Assembly (NCBI GenBank): GCA_040954595.2
Contig: CM082587.2
Coordinates: forward strand, 10,669,403-10,733,402
Direction: 5' to 3'
Source: Balanoglossus misakiensis
Taxonomy: Eukaryota > Animalia > Hemichordata
DNA length: 64,000 bases
The notes under the pieces are model-generated. The model was not told where the DNA came from, made no database searches, and saw nothing but the letters and a program-made list of their open reading frames with translations. Shown here in pieces: positions 14,301 through 27,300 of this stretch; positions within the stretch are counted from its first letter, which is position 1; every line of letters begins with the position of its first letter. Made by a program: the position numbers and the translations under genes.

Positions 14301-16683
14301 GCTAGGCTAGCTGCACACCAAAGTTGGAGTTGATCAGCTGAACAGATTTTGAGATATGTATGTATATTTATCCAAAATAATATGTGGTCATAGCTTAACT
14401 ATGTGAAGTATAGGCCCATGGCTTGGGCGAAAAATATGAAAAATAATACTTAAAAATCTTCTTCTCATAATGGACTTGGCCCACGGCCTTGAATTTTGGC
14501 ATGTAGGACACTGACCACATGGTCCACAAAGCATCTTAACAGAATTTTGATATCTCAATTCATATGCAAATTAGGCCAATTGGAAAAATTTGCCCATATA
14601 TGGTCATCAGGTCACGTGACTTATTAAACATTCACAGGGGTACAGATCATGCTCTCATAGGCCTGCACCACTGTGCCAACTTTGAAATTTGTCGGTTCAG
14701 CCGTTTTCCAGATCTAGCTGGCCGAAAAAACGACTGAAGAAGAAGAAGAAGAAAAAAGCCAGTAATACCAATAGGGCCCAAGCCTGCTGGGCTTGGGCCC
14801 TAAAAAGATGAAAAACCCCAGTAATACCAATAGGGCACAAGCCTGCTTGGCTTGTGCCCTAAATATAGCTGCAAGCAGCGATGACGGGCACAAGCTTAAG
14901 CCGAAGGTCAAAGGTCATATGTGGTCACCCAAAATTTGGGCAAAAAGTTTTGACCCTCATACTAGTCCAGGTCCAACAGAAACCTGACCTCTAGCCCTAT
15001 TGGTTTGTCTGAAATTAGATATGCACATAATTAATGATGTAAAGTGTAAGACTCCATTAATAGTTTGATCCATCCAAACACAAATGCTGTACCTGTTCTG
15101 GATGCCGAGATATAGCAAAGTAGGTCAAAGGTCACCTGAGGTCACCCAAAATTTGGGCAAAATTTTTGACCCCATACTTATCCATGTCCCACAAGAACAA
15201 AACCTCTAGCCCTATTGGTTAGCCTGGAATTAGGAATGCACATAATTAATGAGATAAGCAGGTGTCACTGGTGACCCCCAATTTTGGTTTTCAATTTTAG
15301 TCCCAACCCTCCAAATGCTAAGTCTGTGCCTGCTCTGGTTGCCAAGATATGGTAAATTAGGTCACAGGTCACCTGAGGTCATGCAAAATTTGGGTAAGAA
15401 ATTTTGACCCTATACTAGTCCATCTTCAACAAAAATCAAACCTCTAACCCTATTGGTTAGCCTGGAATTAGGTATGCACATAATTAATGAGATAAGCAGG
15501 TGTCACAGGTGACCCCCAATTTTGGCTTTTCAATTACCAACCCTCCAAACGCCAAGTCTGTACCTGCTATTGATGCAGAGATATAGGACAGTAGATCAAA
15601 GGTCACCTGAGGTCACCCAAAATTTGGGCAAAAATTTTTGATCCCATACTGGTCCATGTCCCACAAGAACAAAACCTCTAGCCGTATTAGTTAGCCCGGA
15701 ATTAGGTATGCACATAATTAATGAGTTAAGCAGGTGTTACAGGTGAGCCCAAAATTTTGCCTCTTATTGTCGTCCCATTCTGCTGACGGGCCAATAGAGA
15801 GTCACTGTACAGGACCATTGCACAGCCGACGTGGACATAGCGTCATAGCTTAACTATAGAAAGTATAGGCCCATGGCTGGGTCCAAAAATATGAAAAACT
15901 ACTAATATTTACAAGTCTTCTTCTCAAAATAGACTTGGCCCACGACCTTGATATTTGGCATGTAGGACACTGATGATATGGTCCACAAAAGTTGCTAAAA
16001 GAATTTCGATATCTCCATTCATATGCAAATTAGGCCCATTTGAAAATTTTGCCCATATATGGTCATCAGGTCACATGACTAATTAAACATTCACAGGGAT
16101 ATTGCACCAGCTCTCATAGGCGTGCATCACTGTGCCAAGTTTGAGATTTGTAGAATCAGCCGTTTTCAAGATCCTATTGTGCAAAAAAACTACACAAGAA
16201 AAAGAAGAGGATGAAAAACCCCAGTAATACCAATAGGGCACAAGCCTGCTTGGCTTGTGCCCTAAAAAAACCCAGTAATACCAATAGGGCACAAGCCTGC
16301 TTGGCTTGTGCCCTAATAAAAAAATCTTCTTCTCAAAATAGACTTGGCCCACGGCCTTGACATTTGGCATGTGGGACACTGACCACATGGTCTGCAAAAA
16401 TCGCTAAAAGAATTTTGATATCTCCATTCATATGCAAATTAGGCCCCTTTGAAAACTTTGCCCATATATGGTCATCAGGTCACATGACTAATTAAACATT
16501 CACAGGGATACTGCACCAGCTCTCATAGACCTGCACCATTGTGCCAAGTTTGAGATTTGTAGGTTCAGCCGTTTTCAAGATCTACCTGAGCAAAAAAACT
16601 ACACAAGAAAAAAAAAAAAAAAAAAAAGATGAAAAACCCCAGTAATACCAATAGGGCACAAGCCTGCTTGGCTTGTGCCCTAA
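11301..16683 (-). mobile_element. Cluster of tandem/nested Helentron-associated elements (HINE family B) with internal ~180-bp subrepeats
   Basis: Minus-strand 5' end TTAGGG(C/A)CAAGCC...GGCTTG(T/G)GCCCTA palindrome at about 14773, 14831, 16234, 16286 and 16653, followed by a (TTC)n/T-rich tract. 3' end GCTTG(T/G)GCCC sub-terminal repeat plus GCTGC-TT-GCAGC hairpin then TATATT at about 11303, 12323, 13432 and 14863. Internal repeats 'gtaggtcaaaggtcacctgaggtcacccaaa'. Confidence 0.75.
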
Positions 16684-16816
16684 AAATAAGCAATTGCATA
16701 GCCAGCCGATACAAAAAAGTTTGAAGTAAAACAGGGACACTTGAAACACTTGTTTAATCAAACAAAAAGATATTGATTTTTTTCTATTGACAGAACAATG
16801 GAAATTTACATGTTAA

Positions 16817-17321
16817 AGGCACGTAAGCTGCAACTGGATAAAAAAATTAAAGTTTTAAATAATCTCATATATGCTTTTAATCATGTCTATTCAATGATAT
16901 TTCATGATAATATATCAAGCTCAACACTTATTTATGACAAAATGGCCAAAAATTACAGAAAAACGAACATTCCTGCAATTTTAAAAAAAGTGCAATATTG
17001 CAATGAAAAATGAAAATCTGATGTCTCAGTGGTGTACATTTACTTCCATGAGCTCAAGTGGATGAGATCATGTTTTGTTTATGAAGTTTCATAACCGGAA
17101 ATGCAACATTTTCATTGTTTCTTGCATTTTCCCACGGTGGCGGCCATAATCGCTTGCGGCAAAGCTTTATTATTTATCTGGTTAAAACTTGCATACGCAC
17201 TCATATTTAAGGTTTATAATGCTTGTGTATAGTTCACTGCCTTCATCTGCATGGACTAATGGTAGTGCAGTATGAAACAAAAATTATGAAAATTATCCCA
17301 AAAGTTACAGCTTACGTGCCT
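16817..17321. mobile_element. MITE, Kolobok-like (TTAA target-site duplication)
   Basis: Inverted termini AGGCACGTAAGCTG(C/T)AACT. TTAA at 16813-16816 and 17322-17325. Confidence 0.75.
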
Positions 17322-17666
17322 TTAACTTTCAACAGAGACTGGCCACCTCAGTTAGTCATTGCTTCTTTCCTCTTAAGTGTGACATTTGACATACATGAAT
17401 GAATACTTTGATTTCTATGGCTTTTAAATTTTGATTTTGAAATTTTCACTCTAATTCCTCAACATAATTTTTCTAGATAATTCTTAATACAGTTATATGT
17501 ACTTCATATCATTCTTAGTATCTAAAACAGAAAGTAATTAAATGGACAATCTCGATGATACAAATCATGGAGAATTGTGGGTAAAATATCGTACTGTTCC
17601 CCCTCTACCCCCACTGCTTTAAAATTTGATTTAAAGGTTTCAGGGTTTGTTCTCATGATAATTTAC

Positions 17667-18068
17667 AGATTGATTTGACAATTGGTATGCAAGTACCTTA
17701 TGTCAACCACATACAATCCTGTATTTTTTGAACTAATAGTTTGAATGTTCTATTTTATGCATTTTTTGCCTTTTTCCTCATTTGTGCTAAAAAATCTACT
17801 TTTCTAGAATTGATGAGTCAACTTCTTTGAAATTTTAGTATGAAGCTTCATATAGGTGATATGAGTTACAAGACTTTTGTTGAAATGTTGCAAAATTTGC
17901 ATATTGATAATTTTGGAGCAATTTCAGCCTTGTTTAATTAATTTTTTTTCTCTAAAACAGCTTGTTCCATTGCTTTAAAATTTGTTAGTCATGTTAGGGG
18001 TAGCTCAAGTAAGATTTGCATGTATGTTTTTCAAATCAACTTGATGAATTGAATAGTATATTTTTGAG
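17667..18068 (+). repeat. HINE-like family A core fragment
   Basis: Closely matches 10659-11050. Confidence 0.7.
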
Positions 18069-18070
18069 GG

Positions 18071-18325
18071 ATCAAATCAAATCAAATCAAAACAAACATT
18101 TATAAAGCGCCAGAATCAATAAGAATGTTATTTCCAAAGGCGCTGAAAGTATAACATCAGTGTTCGTAGGCTTTGACAAATAGAAATGTCTTGAGTTTTT
18201 GTTTGAAAATGTTGAGACTAGAAGCCTGTTGAATGTCAGATGGCAGAGAATTGTTTTGAGTCTGTACTTTGGTACACACAACTGGTTCCTTGAGCTGGAG
18301 CGCAGAGCCCGACTAGGCTTATATG
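18071..18325 (-). mobile_element. 3' end fragment of an L2/CR1-group LINE
   Basis: Minus-strand translation YKPSRALRSSSRNQLCVPKYRLKT resembles a LINE ORF2 C-terminus. Short 3' UTR ends in a (TTTGA)n tail. Confidence 0.65.
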
Positions 18326-19087
18326 ATTTTTGATTTGAAGGTTTCAGGGTGTTTTCTCATGATGATTTACAAAACCTATGACTGATTACTTTGAAATTTG
18401 AGTAGAAAGTTAGTTGGATGTGTTTGTTTAGATAATGGAATCAAATAAAGTTATTCATTCTTCACCTTCATTCTTCACCTCATTTCATTTATTGGCTGGT
18501 TTGTCTATTGTATCAGGGCAGAGTACTTGCCATCCCACCCCACCGATGCAAACTTTGAGTGGCAAAAGTAAAATTTGTCGTAACATTGAGTTAATTTGCT
18601 TTTGGGCTCACTAAAATGCAACTCTGAGCTCTGTATTTGTACAAAATTTTCATTAATTGGCTGGTTTGTCTATTGTACCAGGCCAGCATACATAAGATCA
18701 AGATGTTTTCGGGGCTGGGGGGGGGGCATCATATTTTATTGCCTCTCTATGTGTGTGTCTGTCTGTCTGTACTCCTGTGTAGACATTTTCTAGTATAATC
18801 ACTAAATGAGACCACAGTGTCCTTGACGCTATTTTTTGTGATTATCAATGACCCCGGGGTAACCTTTGACCAGCTTTCATATATCTTGGTATTCACATCA
18901 GAATACAGCCTTGGCATACCCTGGTAACCATGGGAACCGTTTGGGCCCCACCAATAGTGCTGGCAGCGTTAATTTTTAAATGATTTCTTCTTATCGTTTT
19001 CTTTATCAATGATGATGACTTGATCTAATCAGATTAAAAAAATAATTTCATTCTTTTTTTACATTAGGTTCTTTGGTAACACTGCTG

Positions 19088-19470
19088 CTGGAGGGAGTGT
19101 AATATTTGTAACGACGCCGCCACCTAATACTGTACTGGAGGGATGAAGTTAATACTTGTAACGACGCCACCACCTAATACTGTACTGGAGGGAGGAACTT
19201 AATACTTGTAACGACGCCGCCATCTAATACTGTACTGGAGGGAGGAACTTAATACTTGTAACGACGCCGCCACCTAATACTGTACTGGAGGGAGGAACTT
19301 AAACTTGTAACGACGCCGCCACCTAATACTGTACTGGAGGGAGGAACTTAATACTTGTAACGACGCCGCCACCTAATACTGTACTGGAGGGAGGAACTTA
19401 AACTTGTAACGACGCCGCCACCTAATACTGTACTGGAGGGATGAACTTAATACTTGTAACGACGCCAGAT
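19088..19470. repeat. 50-bp minisatellite (about 7.5 copies, some 48-bp variants)
   Basis: Unit CTGGAGGGAGGAACTTAATACTTGTAACGACGCCGCCACCTAATACTGTA, recurring at 19131, 19181, 19231, 19281 and onward. Confidence 0.9.
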
Positions 19471-19647
19471 GATGCTTCTGTGACCAGAGGGATGAACGAC
19501 GCCATGATTTGTTGATCTGATCTAATTAATAATATTCATTCTTTTTTTTCAATAGGTTCATTGGTATTATCATCGCCGGAGGGAGTCTAATCAATATCTA
19601 CAACAACGCCGCACCAGATAACAATATCAAAACCAGAGGGATGCTGT

Positions 19648-19830
19648 CAATAGGTTAGGCTAATAAAAATGGTTTAATATGAGGGAATGGTAAAGGGTTG
19701 GTGTATGAATATGTTAGGGTAATAAAAAATGGTATAATCTAACGGAATGGTGAAGGGTTGGTGTATGAATAGGTTAGGCTAATAAAAATGGTATAATCTA
19801 ATGGAATGGTGAAGGGTTGGTGTATGATGA
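19648..19830. repeat. About 60-bp tandem repeat, 3 copies
   Basis: 'gttagg.taataaaaatggt.taat...ggaatggt.aagggttggtgtatga' three times. Confidence 0.8.
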
Positions 19831-21387
19831 CTAATAAAACAGTGTGCACAAGGGTACTATAACAAAACTGTCTGCAAGGGTATAATATTATGGTTTCAAG
19901 GGTATGATAAGTAATTAAAATACTATAAAAACATGAGTAATGCCACGTGGTAAATAAAAACTGTACATGTACAGAGGGTAAATACCGGTATAATATGTAA
20001 GGGTGTAAACATCAATGGTGTAATAATAAAAAATGGGTAACACAAGGTTTTGGTGGTATAATAATAATAAAATGGTATTAACTTGATGGTATAAACATTA
20101 TGGGATGTGTATAAATGGTGTTAATATTACAAAGGTATGATGATTAGTTGGGGTGTAATAATAAGAAACTTAAAATCATTGGATAATTTATTAGGGTCAG
20201 GTTGGGTAAAATTGTTGCTATGCATTCGTGTAATAATTGTCTGCGGATTTTTTGCAGCGTTACCCGCGTTGGCGTTCTTCATTGCAGGTCGCTCGTCGTG
20301 TAATGGAATTTCGCCGTGTGCCCGTTTGATTCGCCGATGGATTTTTTACAACATTACCCGCGTTCGCGTTCTTCATCGCAGTTCGCTCGTCGTGTAATGG
20401 AATTTCGCTGTGTGCCCGTTTGATTCGCCGATGGATTTTTTGCTTTCGTCATCGTAATTCCCGCATCAACACGAATCCTCAATCTCACGCAACAACAATA
20501 CATCAAAATGTACACAGAAAAATAGGAGTCGGCAAGACAATTCTGGTTAGTTTGAGCCCCAACCTTTTAAAATTCACAACGGGGGAGGGGGCAGTTTTTC
20601 CTCATTTTATATTTGGCTCGAGGTTTTTAACTGTCCCCAGGCGCGTAAAGTTAGTTAGTTTATCACACAGAATGTAATTATCTTGCTTGATTTAAAAAAA
20701 CACTAAAATTGTATGGGGGAGCTTCTTGCGATTTGCACTTAAGAAACTGATGGTTTTTACCCATAGATAATATTTAGTATTAAGCACATAATTGCCTGGA
20801 AATAAAAATTAACTCAAGGGTAGAATGCAACAGTTAATTTTGTGCAATATCAACAGGAGCTATTTTGGCACATTTTTTCAGTTTGATAAACAATGTTTTT
20901 GCTCATTGTTTCATTTCGACCACATTATTTCAGTTTGATAAACACTGTTTTTGCTCATTGTTTCATTTCGACCACTTTTGTCACCTTGTTTCAAATTGAA
21001 TGCAAGCATTGTTTCTGTTTGACCACTATACTTGGGGTAATTGTTCCAAATTGGTATGCAAGATATTTTACATCAGCAGTTAGCCATCTAGCCACACTTT
21101 AGCTGCACAGCATATGAAAAATAATGAAATTCATGCAAAAAGCAAAAAAGTATTATGGGTATAATGCCATTGCAGCATTGGCGGTTCGACTCCGTCGATA
21201 CTTACTTTGAAGCATAAGTCTTCATTATTTTTCATATGTAATAAATAAAACTATTCCAAATTCATATCTTTGTTTTCAGTTAGTGCTTTTGCTTCAGTTA
21301 GGGGGCCCACACTTACCAAACCTGTCTTGCCATCTTTTCACATTTCTTCAAATATGCAGCGCCAGCAATAGGCAGTATTTGATCAAA

Positions 21388-24300
21388 TTGACCCACAAAT
21401 CACTCAAAATTAATAGGCAGGATACTGTCCACTCTGGCCTGGTTACAGTCTGGCCAGGTTAATGTTGACGCAAAGGTTGACCACACCAAACACTCAAAAT
21501 TAATGAGCACGACACTGGCCACTCTGGCCTGGTTAATTAATGTTGACGCAAAGGTTGACCCCACCAAACACTCAAAATTAATGGGCACGACACTGGCCAC
21601 TCTGGCCTGGTTAATCAATGCTGACGCAAAGGTTGACCCCACCAAACACTCAAAATTAATGGGCACGACACTGGCCACTAGCTCTGGCCTGGTTAATCAA
21701 TGCTAACCCAAAGGTTGACCCCACCAAACACTCAAAATTAATGGGCACGACACTGGCCACTAGCTCTGGCCTGGTTAATCAATGCTGACGCAAAGGTTGA
21801 CCCCACCAAACACTCAAAATTAATGGGCACGACACTGGCCACTAGCTCTGGCCTGGTTAATCAATGCTGACGCAAAGGTTGACCCCACCAAACACTCAAA
21901 ATTAATGGGCACGACACTGGCCACTAGCTCTGGCCTGGTTAATCAATGCTGACGCAAAGGTTGACCCCACCAAACACTCAAAATTAATGGGCACAACACT
22001 GGCCACTAGCTCTGCATGGCCTGGTTAATCAATGCTGACGCATAGGTTGACCCCACCAAACACTCAAAATTAATGGGCACGACACTGGCCACTAGCTCTG
22101 CATGGCCTGGTTAATCAATGTTGACGCAAAGGTTGACCCCACCAAACACTCAAAATTAATGGGCACGACACTGGCCACTAGCTCTGGCCTGGTTAATCAA
22201 TGTTGACGCAAAGGTTGACCCCACCAAACACTCAAAATGAATGGGCACGACACTGGCCACTAGCTCTGCATGGCCTGGTTAATCAATGTTGACGCAAAGG
22301 TTGACCCCACCAAACACTCAAAATTAATGGGCACGACACTGGCCACTAGCTCTGGCCTGGTTAATCAATCCTGACGCAAAGGTTGACCCCACCAAACACT
22401 CAAAATTAATGGGCACGACACTGGCCACTAGCTCTGGCCTGGTTAATCAATGCTGACGCAAAGGTTGACCCCACCAAACACTCAAAATTAATGGGCACAA
22501 CACTGGCCACTAGCTCTGCATGGCCTGGTTAATCAATGCTGACGCATAGGTTGACCCCACCAAACACTCAAAATTAATGGGCACGACACTGGCCACTAGC
22601 TCTGCATGGCCTGGTTAATCAATGTTGATGCAAAGGTTGACCCCACCAAACACTCAAAATTAATGGGCACGACACTGGCCACTAGCTCTGGCCTGGTTAA
22701 TCAATGTTGACGCAAAGGTTGACCCCACCAAACACTCAAAATGAATGGGCACGACACTGGCCACTAGCTCTGCATGGCCTGGTTAATCAATGTTGACGCA
22801 AAGGTTGACCCCACCAAACACTCAAAATTAATGGGCACGACACTGGCCACTAGCTCTGGCGTGGTTAATCAATGCTGACGCAAAGGTTGACCCCACCAAA
22901 CACTCAAAATTAATGGGCACGACACTGGCCACTAGCTCTGGCCTGGTTAATCAATGCTGACGCAAGGTTGACCCCACCAAACACTCAAAATTAATGGGCA
23001 CGACACTGGCCACTAGCTCTGGCCTGGTTAATCAATGCTGACGCAAAGGTTGACCCCACCAAACACTCAAAATTAATGGTCACGACACTGGCCACTAGCT
23101 CTGCATGGCCTGGTTAATCAATGCTGACGCATAGGTTGACCCCACCAAACACTCAAAATTAATGGGCACGACACTGGCCACTAGCTCTGCATGGCCTGGT
23201 TAATCAATGTTGACGCAAAGGTTGACCCCACCAAACACTCAAAATTAATGGGCACGACACTGGCCACTAGCTCCGGCCTGGTTAATCAATGTTGACGCAA
23301 AGGTTGACCCCACCAAACACTCAAAATGAATGGGCACGACACTGGCCACTAGCTCTGCATGGCCTGGTTAATCAATGCTGACGCATAGGTTGACCCCACC
23401 AAACACTCAAAATTAATGGGCACGACACTGGCCACTAGCTCTGCATGGCCTGGTTAATCAATGTTGATGCAAAGGTTGACCCCACCAAACACTCAAAATT
23501 AATGGGCACGACACTGGCCACTAGCTCTGGCCTGGTTAATCAATGTTGACGCAAAGGTTGACCCCACCAAACACTCAAAATGAATGGGCACGACACTGGC
23601 CACTAGCTCTGGCCTGGTTAATCAATGCTGACGCAAAGGTTGACCCCAGCAAACACTCAAAATTAATGGTCACGACACTGGCCACTAGCTCTGCATGGCC
23701 TGGTTAATCAATGCTGACGCATAGGTTGACCCCACCAAACACTCAAAATTAATGGTCACGACACTGGCCACTAGCTCTGCATGGCCTGGTTAATCAATGT
23801 TGACGCAAAGGTTGACCCCACCAAACACTCAAAATTAATGGGCACGACACTGGCCACTAGCTCTGGCCTGGTTAATTAATGTTGACGCAATGGTTGACCC
23901 CACCAAACACTCAAAATGAATGGGCACGACACTGGCCACTAGCTCTGCATGGCCTGGTTAATCAATGTTGACACAAAGGTTGACCCCACCAAACACTCAA
24001 AATTAATGGGCACGACACTGGCCACTAGCTCTGCATGGCCTGGTTAATCAATGTTGACGCAAAGGTTGACCCCACCAAACACTCAAAATTAATGGGCACG
24101 ACACTGGCCACTAGCTCTGCATGGCCTGGTTAATCAATGTTGACGCAAACGTTGACCCCACCAAACACTCAAAATTAATGGGCACGACACTGGCCACTAG
24201 CTCTGCATGGCCTGGTTAATCAATGTTGACGCAAAGGTTGACCCCACCAAACACTCAAAATTAATGGGCACGACACTGGCCACTAGCTCTGGCCTGGTTA

Positions 24301-27300
24301 ATCAATGCTGACGCAAAGGTTGACCCCACCAAACACTCAAAATTAATGGGCACAACACTGGCCACTAGCTCTGCATGGCCTGGTTAATCAATGCTGACGC
24401 ATAGGTTGACCCCACCAAACACTCAAAATTAATGGGCACGACACTGGCCACTAGCTCTGCATGGCCTGGTTAATCAATGTTGATGCAAAGGTTGACCCCA
24501 CCAAACACTCAAAATTAATGGGCACGACACTGGCCACTAGCTCTGGCCTGGTTAATCAATGTTGACGCAAAGGTTGACCCCACCAAACACTCAAAATGAA
24601 TGGGCACGACACTGGCCACTAGCTCTGCATGGCCTGGTTAATCAATGTTGACGCAAAGGTTGACCCCACCAAACACTCAAAATTAATGGGCACGACACTG
24701 GCCACTAGCTCTGGCGTGGTTAATCAATGCTGACGCAAAGGTTGACCCCACCAAACACTCAAAATTAATGGGGACGACACTGGCCACTAGCTCTGGCCTG
24801 GTTAATCAATGCTGACGCAAGGTTGACCCCACCAAACACTCAAAATTAATGGGCACGACACTGGCCACTAGCTCTGGCCTGGTTAATCAATGCTGACGCA
24901 AAGGTTGACCCCACCAAACACTCAAAATTAATGGTCACGACACTGGCCACTAGCTCTGCATGGCCTGGTTAATCAATGCTGACGCATAGGTTGACCCCAC
25001 CAAACACTCAAAATTAATGGGCACGACACTGGCCACTAGCTCTGCATGGCCTGGTTAATCAATGTTGACGCAAAGGTTGACCCCACCAAACACTCAAAAT
25101 TAATGGGCACGACACTGGCCACTAGCTCTGGCCTGGTTAATCAATGTTGACGCAAAGGTTGACCCCACCAAACACTCAAAATGAATGGGCACGACACTGG
25201 CCACTAGCTCTGCATGGCCTGGTTAATCAATGCTGACGCATAGGTTGACCCCACCAAACACTCAAAATTAATGGGCACGACACTGGCCACTAGCTCTGCA
25301 TGGCCTGGTTAATCAATGTTGATGCAAAGGTTGACCCCACCAAACACTCAAAATTAATGGGCACGACACTGGCCACTAGCTCTGGCCTGGTTAATCAATG
25401 TTGACGCAAAGGTTGACCCCACCAAACACTCAAAATGAATGGGCACGACACTGGCCACTAGCTCTGCATGGCCTGGTTAATCAATGTTGACGCAAAGGTT
25501 GACCCCACCAAACACTCAAAATTAATGGGCACGACACTGGCCACTAGCTCTGGCGTGGTTAATCAATGCTGACGCAAAGGTTGACCCCACCAAACACTCA
25601 AAATTAATGGGCACGACACTGGCCACTAGCTCTGGCCTGGTTAATCAATGCTGACGCAAGGTTGACCCCACCAAACACTCAAAATTAATGGGCACGACAC
25701 TGGCCACTAGCTCTGGCCTGGTTAATCAATGCTGACGCAAAGGTTGACCCCACCAAACACTCAAAATTAATGGTCACGACACTGGCCACTAGCTCTGCAT
25801 GGCCTGGTTAATCAATGCTGACGCATAGGTTGACCCCACCAAACACTCAAAATTAATGGGCACGACACTGGCCACTAGCTCTGCATGGCCTGGTTAATCA
25901 ATGTTGACGCAAAGGTTGACCCCACCAAACACTCAAAATTAATGGGCACGACACTGGCCACTAGCTCTGCATGGCCTGGTTAATCAATGTTGACGCAAAC
26001 GTTGACCCCACCAAACACTCAAAATTAATGGGCACGACACTGGCCACTAGCTCTGCATGGCCTGGTTAATCAATGTTGACGCAAAGGTTGACCCCACCAA
26101 ACACTCAAAATTAATGGGCACGACACTGGCCACTAGCTCTGCATGGCCTGGTTAATAAATGTTGACGCAAAGGTTGACCCCACCAAACACTCAAAATTAA
26201 TGGGCACGACACTGGCCACTAGCTCTGCATGGCCTGGTTAATCAATGTTGATGCAAAGGTTGACCCCACCAAACACTCAAAATTAATGGGCACGACACTG
26301 GCCACTAGCTCTGGCCTGGTTAATCAATGTTGACGCAAAGGTTGACCCCACCAAACACTCAAAATGAATGGGCACGACACTGGCCACTAGCTCTGCATGG
26401 CCTGGTTAATCAATGCTGACGCATAGGTTGACCCCACCAAACACTCAAAATTAATGGGCACGACACTGGCCACTAGCTCTGCATGGCCTGGTTAATCAAT
26501 GTTGACGCAAAGGTTGACCCCACCAAACACTCAAAATTAATGGGCACGACACTGGCCACTAGCTCTGGCCTGGTTAATCAATGTTGACGCAAAGGTTGAC
26601 CCCACCAAACACTCAAAATGAATGGGCACGACACTGGCCACTAGCTCTGCATGGCCTGGTTAATCAATGCTGACGCATAGGTTGACCCCACCAAACACTC
26701 AAAATTAATGGGCACGACACTGGCCACTAGCTCTGCATGGCCTGGTTAATCAATGTTGATGCAAAGGTTGACCCCACCAAACACTCAAAATTAATGGGCA
26801 CGACACTGGCCACTAGCTCTGGCCTGGTTAATCAATGTTGACGCAAAGGTTGACCCCACCAAACACTCAAAATGAATGGGCACGACACTGGCCACTAGCT
26901 CTGCATGGCCTGGTTAATCAATGTTGACGCAAAGGTTGACCCCACCAAACACTCAAAATTAATGGGCACGACACTGGCCACTAGCTCTGGCGTGGTTAAT
27001 CAATGCTGACGCAAAGGTTGACCCCACCAAACACTCAAAATTAATGGGCACGACACTGGCCACTAGCTCTGGCCTGGTTAATCAATGCTGACGCAAGGTT
27101 GACCCCACCAAACACTCAAAATTAATGGGCACGACACTGGCCACTAGCTCTGGCCTGGTTAATCAATGCTGACGCAAAGGTTGACCCCACCAAACACTCA
27201 AAATTAATGGTCACGACACTGGCCACTAGCTCTGCATGGCCTGGTTAATCAATGCTGACGCATAGGTTGACCCCACCAAACACTCAAAATTAATGGGCAC

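Noticed and set aside
19088-19470. CRISPR-like short repeat array
   Set aside because: Pure head-to-tail 50-bp minisatellite without spacers.
208-21102. Short ORFs of 60-146 aa in the first 21 kb
   Set aside because: They lie in repeats or AT-rich DNA and show no recognisable domains, apart from the LINE fragment at about 18.1-18.3 kb.
21400-21706. Repetitive ORFs in the satellite (also 39216-39413, 60338-60607, 61331-61525)
   Set aside because: Chance open frames through satellite monomers; most monomers are not multiples of 3 or contain stops.
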